A stretch of DNA of 54,846 nucleotides from a virus (taxonomy: Duplodnaviria > Caudoviricetes): IMG/VR virus record IMGVR_UViG_3300044667_000164, positions 1 to 54,846 of that record, one strand, 5' to 3'. Shown here in pieces: positions 1 to 7,425 of the stretch (its first letter is position 1; every line of letters begins with the position of its first letter). The translations under genes were made by a program, and so were the position numbers. The notes below the pieces were generated by a model that saw only the letters and a list, made by a program, of their open reading frames with translations, was not told the DNA's origin and did not search any database.

Positions 1-255
1 CGGACCGTCATGGCGCACCGATCAAGATACGATCGAGCAAGCCATCCATCAGGTGACCGCCGCCGCTTACATCACAATTGTTGAGCGCAGACAGAAGCCA
101 ATGACTTTCCCCGTCTCCGACAGCGAGGAGGACGATCGCATTAAAGCATTTCTAGCCGCCATTGATGCCTTCACCGCCGGGGCGGATTCATAGCCTGCTG
201 CATGGTGCTGGTGATCTTGGTCGCCATCGCGGCCTATATGATAGGCTCGTGAGCC

Positions 256-561
256 ATGGAAGAACTGGCCCTGCGTCCGACCGAAATCAACGAGACACGC
301 TATAAGCACGACTATTGCGTTGTCTGGAAATCGGAAATCTATGGCGAGCGTCACGCCGGCCGAATCAGGCTGGCCACCGAGCGGGAATGGGCTGGCGAAG
401 TGTGGGAATTCAGCCTGCAGCCGATAATTGCCGTACCGGCCTACGGTAACGGCTCAGCCCCGACCTTGAAGGAAGCTCAGCAGAAGTTTCGCGCTGCCTT
501 TGAGCGGTTCTGCCGCGATGATGCGGGCGACCTCGGCAAGGCCTTCCCGCGCCGTGTCTGA
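256..561 (+). CDS. Hypothetical protein
   Basis: ATG ORF of 101 aa with protein-like composition, overlapping the next ORF. Confidence 0.6.
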   Translation: MEELALRPTEINETRYKHDYCVVWKSEIYGERHAGRIRLATEREWAGEVWEFSLQPIIAVPAYGNGSAPTLKEAQQKFRAAFERFCRDDAGDLGKAFPRRV

Positions 562-829
562 TAACTGGGACGCCACGTTCATCCCGGCCATTCCGCTGCC
601 CTCCGGAGGCCAGCTGGTGACGTTCCGCGACGCCGGCCACTACATCGACAAGCTTCCGAAACGCCATCAGGCGGACCCGCTCTGGCAGCGCGCGGTCAAG
701 GAATTGCTGTTGGCCGCAACCGATCAGGTCGCGTGGGAGTTCTTCGCCCGGCTCTCGATCATGAAGGCGCTGTATCGCGACAGGCCGGCGACTCCGGTGC
801 TGACGGTCAACAGAAGGCGACGCCGATGA
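554..829 (+). CDS. Conserved-looking alphaproteobacterial hypothetical protein
   Basis: GTG at 554 overlaps the previous stop; W..F..PIPLP.G..LVTFRDAG.YI..LP pattern recalled from Bradyrhizobium-like hypotheticals. Confidence 0.6.
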   Translation: MSDNWDATFIPAIPLPSGGQLVTFRDAGHYIDKLPKRHQADPLWQRAVKELLLAATDQVAWEFFARLSIMKALYRDRPATPVLTVNRRRRR

Positions 830-870
830 GCGATGATCGCGTCATCCGCCGACGCTCGGCGCCCCCCTGA

Positions 871-907
871 AACAAAAAAAGCCCCGCGAGAAAGCTCGCG
901 GGGCTTT
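871..907 (-). terminator. Rho-independent terminator (possibly bidirectional)
   Basis: Stem AAAGCCCCGCGAG (878-890), loop AAAG, CTCGCGGGGCTTT (895-907); U-tract on the minus strand. Confidence 0.85.
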
Positions 908-969
908 GAGTTGAGGGAGGAAACGCCCAAGGAGGGCAGCGATAGCGCGAAGCGCTACCGCCTCGTGTC
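871..969 (-). ncRNA. Probable alphaproteobacterial sRNA (BjrC1505-like), 3' part; 5' part lies at ~3519-3545 on the far side of the IS
   Basis: Minus strand reads GCGGTAGCGCTTCGCGCTATCGCTGCCCTCCTTGGGCGTTTCCTCCCT then the terminator: stem-loops with anti-SD-like CCUCC motifs. Family name is from memory. Confidence 0.55.
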
Positions 970-1009
970 GGGAATTATCACCTTGACGTAGTAGACTACA
1001 TTACGTAGT

Positions 1010-1966
1010 ATGCTTGACATGAGTGATCTTTCAAACCCAATTTTCCAAGACGAAACCAAAGCGCGCGAATGGCTTGAGGCGAGACTATGGTCCAACGGAC
1101 CGGTTTGCCCCAAGTGCGGCACCATCGGTGAGGCGACGCTTATGCTAGGCGCGTCGCACCGTCCCGGTCTGTACCAGTGCAATGCATGCCGCGAGCCGTT
1201 CACCGTAACGGTCAACACCTTGTACGAGCGCAGCCATGTGCCGCTCAACAAGTGGCTCGCCGCTACACATTTGATGATGGCCTCAAAGAAGGGAATTTCA
1301 GCCCTTCAAATTGGCCGCATGCTCGGGCTCTCGAAAAAGACTGCATGGTTCCTTTGCCATCGCATTCGCGAATCTCTCCGCGAGACGAATATTGAGCCGT
1401 TTGGCGGGAACGGAAAGACCGTTGAATTTGACGAAACCTTCATTGGCGGGAAGGAAAAGAACAAACACGCCGGCAAACGCAACAAGCGCAATATCGGCGG
1501 CGCTGGAAAAGAGGCTGTCTTTGCCTTAGTCGAGCGTGGCGGTCGCGTTCGCTCACATCATGTTCCAGATGTCTCGGCAAGAACGTTACGACCCATCTTA
1601 GAAGCTCAAATCAAGGATGAAACCAAGACGATGAGTGATGACGGCGGCGCACGCGTCGGCCATGGTCGTCCGCATCATCAATCGGTGAACCACAGCATTG
1701 GCGAATACGTTCGCGGCGACGCACATACAAATACGATTGAGGGCTATTTCTCAATCATGAAGCGCGGCATCATTGGAACGTATCACCACGTCAGCCAGCA
1801 ACACCTGAAGCGATATCTCGCGGAATTTGACTACAGATATAACGAACGCGAGGGACTTGGCGTTTCTGACGCGAAGCGAATGGAAAAATCCGTTCAGGGT
1901 ATCGTTGGAAAGCGAATGACGTATCGGGCCACTGGTCGCAGAGAAGAGGACCAAAATTTCGCGTAA
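1010..1966 (+). CDS. IS1595-family DDE transposase
   Basis: Zn ribbon CPKC...CNAC, HTH, DETFIGG, SDD, HTNTIEG, YLAEFDYRYN motifs. Confidence 0.95.
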   Translation: MLDMSDLSNPIFQDETKAREWLEARLWSNGPVCPKCGTIGEATLMLGASHRPGLYQCNACREPFTVTVNTLYERSHVPLNKWLAATHLMMASKKGISALQIGRMLGLSKKTAWFLCHRIRESLRETNIEPFGGNGKTVEFDETFIGGKEKNKHAGKRNKRNIGGAGKEAVFALVERGGRVRSHHVPDVSARTLRPILEAQIKDETKTMSDDGGARVGHGRPHHQSVNHSIGEYVRGDAHTNTIEGYFSIMKRGIIGTYHHVSQQHLKRYLAEFDYRYNEREGLGVSDAKRMEKSVQGIVGKRMTYRATGRREEDQNFA

Positions 1967-2010
1967 ATCATGGGGGCTCTGGAGCGATCCAGCGCAACTT
2001 CCGTTCTCGT

Positions 2011-2172
2011 TTATCGACGAGAACTGAGCGGTTTCTTTTTCTTGCGACGCGCCTTCGCTGGCGCTGGCTTGTTTGCCGAGCGCGTATGAAGAGCTACATC
2101 AACCGCGCGCTCAAATCGTTGCCAAGCGTCCGGTCGCTCATCATTTTCAATCTGTTGTTTCTTGGGGGGCAC
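2011..2172 (-). CDS. Small basic 53-aa protein inside the IS (not in ORF track)
   Basis: GTG..TAA: MPPKKQQIENDERPDAWQRFERAVDVALHTRSANKPAPAKARRKKKKPLSSRR; follows the 260-aa gene. Confidence 0.55.
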   Translation of the reverse strand: MPPKKQQIENDERPDAWQRFERAVDVALHTRSANKPAPAKARRKKKKPLSSRR

Positions 2173-2180
2173 GTCGCTTC

Positions 2181-2963
2181 CTAGTTTAGCACCGCTGTGC
2201 GGCCAAGCACTTCCCGTTCGATGCGCTGAATTGCTGCCTTCTGATCACCCTCAAATATAGGCATTGCAGTGAGCCTATTTGAAGCGCGCGTTCGCATTTT
2301 TTTGGAGACAGAACCGTCCTTCTCCAACAGAGCAATTACTGAGCAAGATAGATGGGCCTCATAAGAGAGCGCCATCTGCACGACTACAGCCTCAAGGACG
2401 CGCTGTTCCGACATTGCAAGGAACACGGCGACGGGCTCTCGCGAGCCGGATTGAATGATCATATCCGCTGGAAACTCGATACCTGGCGCTATCGTTTCGT
2501 TCTCACGAATGACGGCCCTCTTATCGAGTGCGGCATGGATGGCCTTCTTTGCATCTTCGCGGAAGGTGCTCGCGGCACGCTCAGGTGTCAAAAGGATGAG
2601 GTCTTGCAGGCGAAGCAAAAGTGCGACGAATTTGAGGGCCGCAGCAGGAATCTCGTCACTACTCAAGTGCAGCGTCGATAGCTCTCCGCTCTCGTCGTTA
2701 TATTGTGCGCCATACTCAGTCAGCAACGAGTTGAAGGCTTCTCGTCGGGTGTCTGTATCTAGGTCGATTCCCTCTGCTTCAATCGTCGGGATGGTGTTGC
2801 CGTCATCCTCGATGCGGTAACGACCAAGCGGATCGGGCCCGACGACGTAAAAGCCGACCGGCTCGCTATCCGAAAACGAAAATGAGGTGCTTGCCGCGAG
2901 GCCAGCAGGCACTTCGCGGACCTGAAGTTGATCGCAGAATGCTTTGCAGAGCTCTTGTTTCAA
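2181..2963 (-). CDS. DUF1828-like protein (IS passenger)
   Basis: F.FSDSEPVGFYV...YRIEDDG.T N-terminal pattern typical of DUF1828; C-terminal FPADMII may be restriction-nuclease-like. Confidence 0.7.
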   Translation of the reverse strand: MKQELCKAFCDQLQVREVPAGLAASTSFSFSDSEPVGFYVVGPDPLGRYRIEDDGNTIPTIEAEGIDLDTDTRREAFNSLLTEYGAQYNDESGELSTLHLSSDEIPAAALKFVALLLRLQDLILLTPERAASTFREDAKKAIHAALDKRAVIRENETIAPGIEFPADMIIQSGSREPVAVFLAMSEQRVLEAVVVQMALSYEAHLSCSVIALLEKDGSVSKKMRTRASNRLTAMPIFEGDQKAAIQRIEREVLGRTAVLN

Positions 2964-3460
2964 AACAGATTACCTTGACCACCTTCCGTCTTGTCCAGAC
3001 GGAAGAACTTTCTCGCGATGTCTAACGCGTCACCATCATTTGCCGCCCTGAAATCGCGACGGCGATGAGTCGTCCGCGGACTTGGGAAGCGCTTATGCAT
3101 GCCACCACGCATAGACCCGGCGGGCAGAGCATCAACGTCACCGCACCCGCCATGCTTATGCCAGCCGGGGTGCGTTCCGTGAAATTCCAATGATGCGATG
3201 ACTGTCATGTCACGATTCCGCTCGACTGCTAGCACGGCGGCGTACTGTTCTTTGGCAGCATTGTATCGAATCAAGACGCGGCACGTCTCCCCGAGAGCGG
3301 AGAATTGGATAACGCGCCATTTATACGCGGTACCGACGCGATAGGATCGGTTACGACGTTTTGATAGCGGGAATGCGCCCGGCGGCATGTTCCCCGTCTG
3401 CCACTTGCCCCAGTCCGAAACGACCTTGGCGGCCGAACGGATTTGCTGACCCCGCAACAT
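2960..3460 (-). CDS. Hypothetical protein (IS passenger) with EFHGTHPGWHKH motif
   Basis: 166-aa ORF with a 4-bp overlap into the DUF1828-like gene. Confidence 0.75.
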   Translation of the reverse strand: MLRGQQIRSAAKVVSDWGKWQTGNMPPGAFPLSKRRNRSYRVGTAYKWRVIQFSALGETCRVLIRYNAAKEQYAAVLAVERNRDMTVIASLEFHGTHPGWHKHGGCGDVDALPAGSMRGGMHKRFPSPRTTHRRRDFRAANDGDALDIARKFFRLDKTEGGQGNLF

Positions 3461-3568
3461 GGCATGATGCTACCATGGGTAGCCGGTACTACGTCAAGGT
3501 GATAATTCCCCTCGTGTCGGGGCTCGCGCCCCAACCTCGTCAGCCGGCGAGCCGGCCAATTGCTGGAT

Positions 3569-4003
3569 TCATGTTCCGGGCCCCGGCAGGAAGCAGGTGA
3601 TGTGGCCGTTCCAGATCCACACCATCGCAAAGCCGAGCCGGTTCGGTTCGGTGATGATCTTGTCGCGGTCGACCGTCATCCACACCCTGTCGATCCGCAC
3701 CGAATAAGAGCCATCGGCTTCGCCGCGCCAGTCGACGTCGTCGACCCTGTGGCCGTCGGCGTCTTCGCAGCAGCTCATGCCATTAGGCGCGCGCAAATGG
3801 CTCACCCACGCGCGGAGCGGTGACGCGGCGAAGCGGCCATCGACGTCATGCGCATTGGCCGCAAGCGCGACGAAGGTCGCAATGGCGGCGGCGAGCGCGA
3901 GCGGCAGCACGATCCGCCAGCGGACTTCAAGCACGACATAAAGGAGAAGCACCACGGCCGCATAGGCGCAGGCCGCGAAGCCGAGCAGCGCGATCCCCAT
4001 CAA
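3569..4003 (-). CDS. Membrane-anchored/exported Cys-containing phage protein
   Basis: Two N-terminal hydrophobic segments; SCC..ADG and C-terminal CFLPG. Confidence 0.7.
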   Translation of the reverse strand: MMGIALLGFAACAYAAVVLLLYVVLEVRWRIVLPLALAAAIATFVALAANAHDVDGRFAASPLRAWVSHLRAPNGMSCCEDADGHRVDDVDWRGEADGSYSVRIDRVWMTVDRDKIITEPNRLGFAMVWIWNGHITCFLPGPGT

Positions 4004-4010
4004 AAGCCTC

Positions 4011-4403
4011 TCAGCCGCCGAACTTGATCGAGATGAAATGCTGGACCAGCCAGGTCGCGCCGGTCTCGATCAGTTTGCCGATCGCGAGCAGCGCGATCAG
4101 CCCGATGCTCGCGAGCGCGGTCAGCCGCGCGCGCGAGCCGAGCGCGGCCGCGAGCTGTGGCTGCACCGACAACACGTGCGCGTCGAATTTCTTGATCAGC
4201 GCCTCGAGCGTCTTCGACAGATCGCCGATCGCGCGGCTGGTGGCATCGTTCTGCCTCTCGACCTGCCGGATCGCGCTCTGATTGTCGTCATGGCGCTTTT
4301 CCGACAGCCTGCGGTCTTCCTCGGCGCGGCGCTCCAGCGCCTTCACGCTGGTCTTGATCTCGCCGATCGTCAGACTGAGGTCGTCGATCTCGTGAGAGGG
4401 CAT
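4011..4403 (-). CDS. Coiled-coil protein with C-terminal TM helix (lysis module, holin/antiholin-like)
   Basis: Coiled-coil N-terminus, TM LTALASIGLIALLAIG; position in lysis module. Confidence 0.6.
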   Translation of the reverse strand: MPSHEIDDLSLTIGEIKTSVKALERRAEEDRRLSEKRHDDNQSAIRQVERQNDATSRAIGDLSKTLEALIKKFDAHVLSVQPQLAAALGSRARLTALASIGLIALLAIGKLIETGATWLVQHFISIKFGG

Positions 4404-4424
4404 GGCTGGCTCGCAACCTTGGAC

Positions 4425-4868
4425 CTAGCGATGAGGATAACGCTTGCGGTGACGATGATGATGCGATTTGACGCCGTGACGTCCGGCCCAGCCTCCAATC
4501 TGGAAATGCCCGCTGTCGCCATGACGCCATTGCGCGCCCGATACTGCCCCGCAGCCGTTCGCGATTGCGATCTCGTTCGCCGGCATCTTCGGCCGCGTCA
4601 CGTTGCGGGCGAGCTGGTTGATGTCGAGCGCGAGGCCCTTCGGATGCAGCGAATGCGGCACGCTGCCGTGCTTGCGGTAGCCGCCCATGAAACGAACGGA
4701 ATAGCCCTCGGCCTCGAGGCGATCGATCACGCACTGGAAGGCCGCGACCGCCGCATCAGCGACGTGCGCGATGGCGCCGGCGCGCGCACGGACGGTTCCC
4801 GCGCGAGCGCTCGCGGCGGGCGCGCCGAGCAGCACGCCCGCCAACACAAGACGCAGCAGCATTGCCAA
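4425..4868 (-). CDS. M15-family Zn metallopeptidase with signal peptide (peptidoglycan hydrolase)
   Basis: GGYR, SLHPKGLALDIN (SxHxxxxAxD) and DSGHFQ motifs; signal peptide. Confidence 0.8.
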   Translation of the reverse strand: MAMLLRLVLAGVLLGAPAASARAGTVRARAGAIAHVADAAVAAFQCVIDRLEAEGYSVRFMGGYRKHGSVPHSLHPKGLALDINQLARNVTRPKMPANEIAIANGCGAVSGAQWRHGDSGHFQIGGWAGRHGVKSHHHRHRKRYPHR

Positions 4869-5264
4869 TCAGCGATGATGCGTCAGGCGCTTCTTCGCGC
4901 TCAGCTGCAGCTGCGGCGTCACCATGTGGCCGGTGACCAGCACGCCGTTGACGTTGAGCGCCACCTCGCCGCCGACCTGATAGGTTGCCTTCAGGCCGGC
5001 CTGCTGGGCCTTGAGCGAGGCGCAGATCGAATCCGCTAGCTGCTTCGCCGTCGCCGCGATCGGCGCCGCCGTGGGCACTGCGGCGTTGGCGATCAGGGTG
5101 CCGATGGTTGCGACCGTCGGTTCGAACGCGCAGGTCGCGATCGCGTCCTGGATCACCTGGTCCTCGATCGCGGCGATCTTGTCCGGCGTCAGGCCGCCGA
5201 GTGTCGAGCAGCCGCCGAGCGCAACGCTTGCGAGACTGCACAGTGTAATGATCCACGTCCTCAT
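4869..5264 (-). CDS. Lipoprotein (possibly spanin-like)
   Basis: Lipobox LGGC after hydrophobic N-terminus. Confidence 0.7.
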   Translation of the reverse strand: MRTWIITLCSLASVALGGCSTLGGLTPDKIAAIEDQVIQDAIATCAFEPTVATIGTLIANAAVPTAAPIAATAKQLADSICASLKAQQAGLKATYQVGGEVALNVNGVLVTGHMVTPQLQLSAKKRLTHHR

Positions 5265-5266
5265 GG

Positions 5267-5464
5267 CTAACTTCCTTTCGTGTGCTGTTGGATGGAGGGA
5301 TCGGGATGCGGACTTGCGCCCAGGGCAGCGGCGAGCGCGGCGGTCACGACGCGTTCCAGCGCATCGTCCGGCACCATCGAGCCGTAGAACGGCGAATAGT
5401 CATTGATGGCCTTGCGCGCGGCCGCGCACGCGGCCGCGACCTGCGCCGCGGTTGGCGTCACCAT
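5267..5464 (-). CDS. Small hypothetical protein
   Basis: 65-aa ORF packed in the operon. Confidence 0.55.
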   Translation of the reverse strand: MVTPTAAQVAAACAAARKAINDYSPFYGSMVPDDALERVVTAALAAALGASPHPDPSIQQHTKGS

Positions 5465-5491
5465 GGAAGGCTCCTGATTTGATGGGGATTG

Positions 5492-6247
5492 TCAGTGCGA
5501 CAGGCTGTTGAGCGCCGCGCGCAACGCGGTCTCGTCAAAGCCTTCCGGCGAAAGCTTTTTCTCGTTCAGCACTTCGAGCGAGAGGTAGGCGCAGGCCTCG
5601 TCGCAAAACCGCTCGTAGAACGCAGGCGTCATCGCCTGCACTTCGCCCCAGGTCACAACCAGAAAGTGCCCGCAAGCATCGCGCCCGACGCAGGGCACGT
5701 AATGGCCGCCGGCGATCTGCGGGCGGGGCGGCACATCCCAGAGCTCGCCCTTGTCGAACGCCGCCATCGCCTGTTGCGGCAATTGCAAGCCGACGCCGCA
5801 GGCGCCGAACATCCAGCTGGCAAAGGCGAGCTGATCGACGTCGCCGATCTTCAGCGCGACATAGGCATCGATCCTGTGCCGGGCGCCGGTGGCATCGAGC
5901 ACGCCGGTCTTGCGGCGATAGCTCGCCGCCTCTTCCATGTCGGTGCCCTGATCGGTCGCAGGCTTCGCCGGATCGAACCCGGTGACCGCCGCGTAGTCCG
6001 ACAGCACGTCGTGGATCGTAAAACGCGCGCGCGGCTTGCCGCCTTCGAGCGACCACACCATGTGCTCGTGCGCGGCGCCGGCAAAGACGCAGTCGCCATA
6101 CTGGTCGTTCGCCAGCATGTGGAAGTTATCGACCGCCTGCCAGTGGCCGAACACGGCCGGCGGCGCCGGCAGCTTCTTCAGATCGAAGAAGTCACCGAAG
6201 CGAAAGGCGATCGCGTGGCGCGCGGGGCGCTTGCCGAGCTTCAGCAT
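5492..6247 (-). CDS. Papain-like cysteine peptidase
   Basis: NDQYGDCVFAG (catalytic Cys), GGHYVPCVG (His), VVTWG. Confidence 0.75.
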   Translation of the reverse strand: MLKLGKRPARHAIAFRFGDFFDLKKLPAPPAVFGHWQAVDNFHMLANDQYGDCVFAGAAHEHMVWSLEGGKPRARFTIHDVLSDYAAVTGFDPAKPATDQGTDMEEAASYRRKTGVLDATGARHRIDAYVALKIGDVDQLAFASWMFGACGVGLQLPQQAMAAFDKGELWDVPPRPQIAGGHYVPCVGRDACGHFLVVTWGEVQAMTPAFYERFCDEACAYLSLEVLNEKKLSPEGFDETALRAALNSLSH

Positions 6248-6439
6248 TCAAGCCTTCTTCACACCGGCGAGAATGCCGGCAACCAGCGTGCCGATCGAGC
6301 CGATCAGCGTCAGCACGGTCTGCGCCGTGGACGGGTCGTTGAGGAAGGTTTCGAGCGCGCCCTTGCCGAACGCGCCGGCAATGATCGCGGCGATCGACAA
6401 AAACGCGGTCACGGTACCGGGGGTCAGATATTTGGACAT
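6248..6439 (-). CDS. Putative holin (two TM helices)
   Basis: 63 aa, two hydrophobic helices, basic C-terminus, AGGAGG RBS, near endolysin. Confidence 0.6.
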   Translation of the reverse strand: MSKYLTPGTVTAFLSIAAIIAGAFGKGALETFLNDPSTAQTVLTLIGSIGTLVAGILAGVKKA

Positions 6440-6466
6440 GGTGGCCTCCTTTTGAAATCGTGACTT

Positions 6467-6703
6467 TCACAAGCCGAAGCGCGCCAGCGCGCCGAACACG
6501 AACAGCAGCGCCAACCCGCCGACGAGGACGCTGATGACAATCGCGGTCGCGATCATGAATTGCCGGTCGGCACGCTGTCGCTTTGCCCGCGCCTCGGCCT
6601 CGCACGGCGCTTCGCCGCAGCCTTCATAGAGGCACTGCGTGCGATAGAACTCCTTGTGCGGATTGCGGCAGTGCTCGCACCTGTGCATGATCGATCGGGC
6701 CAT
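6467..6703 (-). CDS. Small Cys-rich membrane protein
   Basis: CEHC...C...C...C plus C-terminal TM helix. Confidence 0.5.
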   Translation of the reverse strand: MARSIMHRCEHCRNPHKEFYRTQCLYEGCGEAPCEAEARAKRQRADRQFMIATAIVISVLVGGLALLFVFGALARFGL

Positions 6704-6746
6704 TGTTGTTCAGGCCTCCGCGACCGCACAGTCTTTCGATTGCGGG

Positions 6747-7340
6747 CTACGCGACGGGCTTGGGGCCTGCGCCAATTGGCGCAGGCGCAGCGCCAAAACC
6801 CCGCGCCATGATCAGCTGCACGTCATGGCGGAATTGATCCATGTCGAATGACGGATCATCTTTGCGGCCCTTCGGCAGCGCGTATTCCTTGTGGCCTGCA
6901 CACATCACGGGCGGTGCGCCGATGTGAGCCAGCAGCGCCGCGCAGCCGCGCTTGTAGGAGTCCATCTGCACGCCCGGCCACGGATCGGTGGCATCGCCGA
7001 CGTTCTCGGCCTCGATCCCGATCAGATGCGCGTTGCCGTCGGTGACGCCATGCCAGTTGCCTTTTCCGGCATGCCAGGCCTTTCCCGCGGCGACCACCCA
7101 CCACACCCCGGAACGCGCCAGCGCGAGGTTGCAGAGCGGACCCTTCAGGTCCGGCCGGCCATCGACCAGCACATGCAGGTCGCGGATATCTCCATCGCGC
7201 GGCCCGCAGGTGTGATGACAGAGCACGCCGAGCGGCTTGCCGACATCGCCATGGCCGCGGGTCTGCCAACCGTCGACCGCCTGCACCGCGAGACCGGCGG
7301 CGCGGAGCACGTCGGGAAGAAAGCTCAGGGCATAGGACAT
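6747..7340 (-). CDS. N-acetylmuramoyl-L-alanine amidase (Amidase_2) endolysin
   Basis: VLCHHT, AWHAG, IGIEAEN, GHKE, KDDP motifs. Confidence 0.92.
   Translation of the reverse strand: MSYALSFLPDVLRAAGLAVQAVDGWQTRGHGDVGKPLGVLCHHTCGPRDGDIRDLHVLVDGRPDLKGPLCNLALARSGVWWVVAAGKAWHAGKGNWHGVTDGNAHLIGIEAENVGDATDPWPGVQMDSYKRGCAALLAHIGAPPVMCAGHKEYALPKGRKDDPSFDMDQFRHDVQLIMARGFGAAPAPIGAGPKPVA
6765..6786. repeat. 22-bp perfect palindrome GCCTGCGCCAATTGGCGCAGGC, copy 1
   Basis: Identical copies at 23436-23457 and 44392-44413. Confidence 0.95.
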
Positions 7341-7425
7341 AAGGCGCTCCGCCGCGCAGTTTGTGACAGTTTACCCGGGAGAGTTGCGGTGATAGCTTTT
7401 CGCCCTCTTTGGGGATGTCACCGCC

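Larger units (their letters stand above)
970..3510 (+). mobile_element. IS1595-family insertion sequence with passenger genes (2541 bp)
   Basis: Perfect 24-bp TIRs GGGAATTATCACCTTGACGTAGTA (970-993 and 3487-3510); 8-bp TSD CTCGTGTC (962-969 and 3511-3518); visibly lower GC than the flanks. Confidence 0.97.

Noticed and set aside
1-255. Very short ORFs and a possible prophage left boundary
   Set aside because: Too short to support; no tRNA or direct repeat identifiable as an att site
6765-6786. 22-bp palindrome as a protelomerase (telRL) site or att core
   Set aside because: Multiple internal copies, some inside genes, and no protelomerase or integrase in the window
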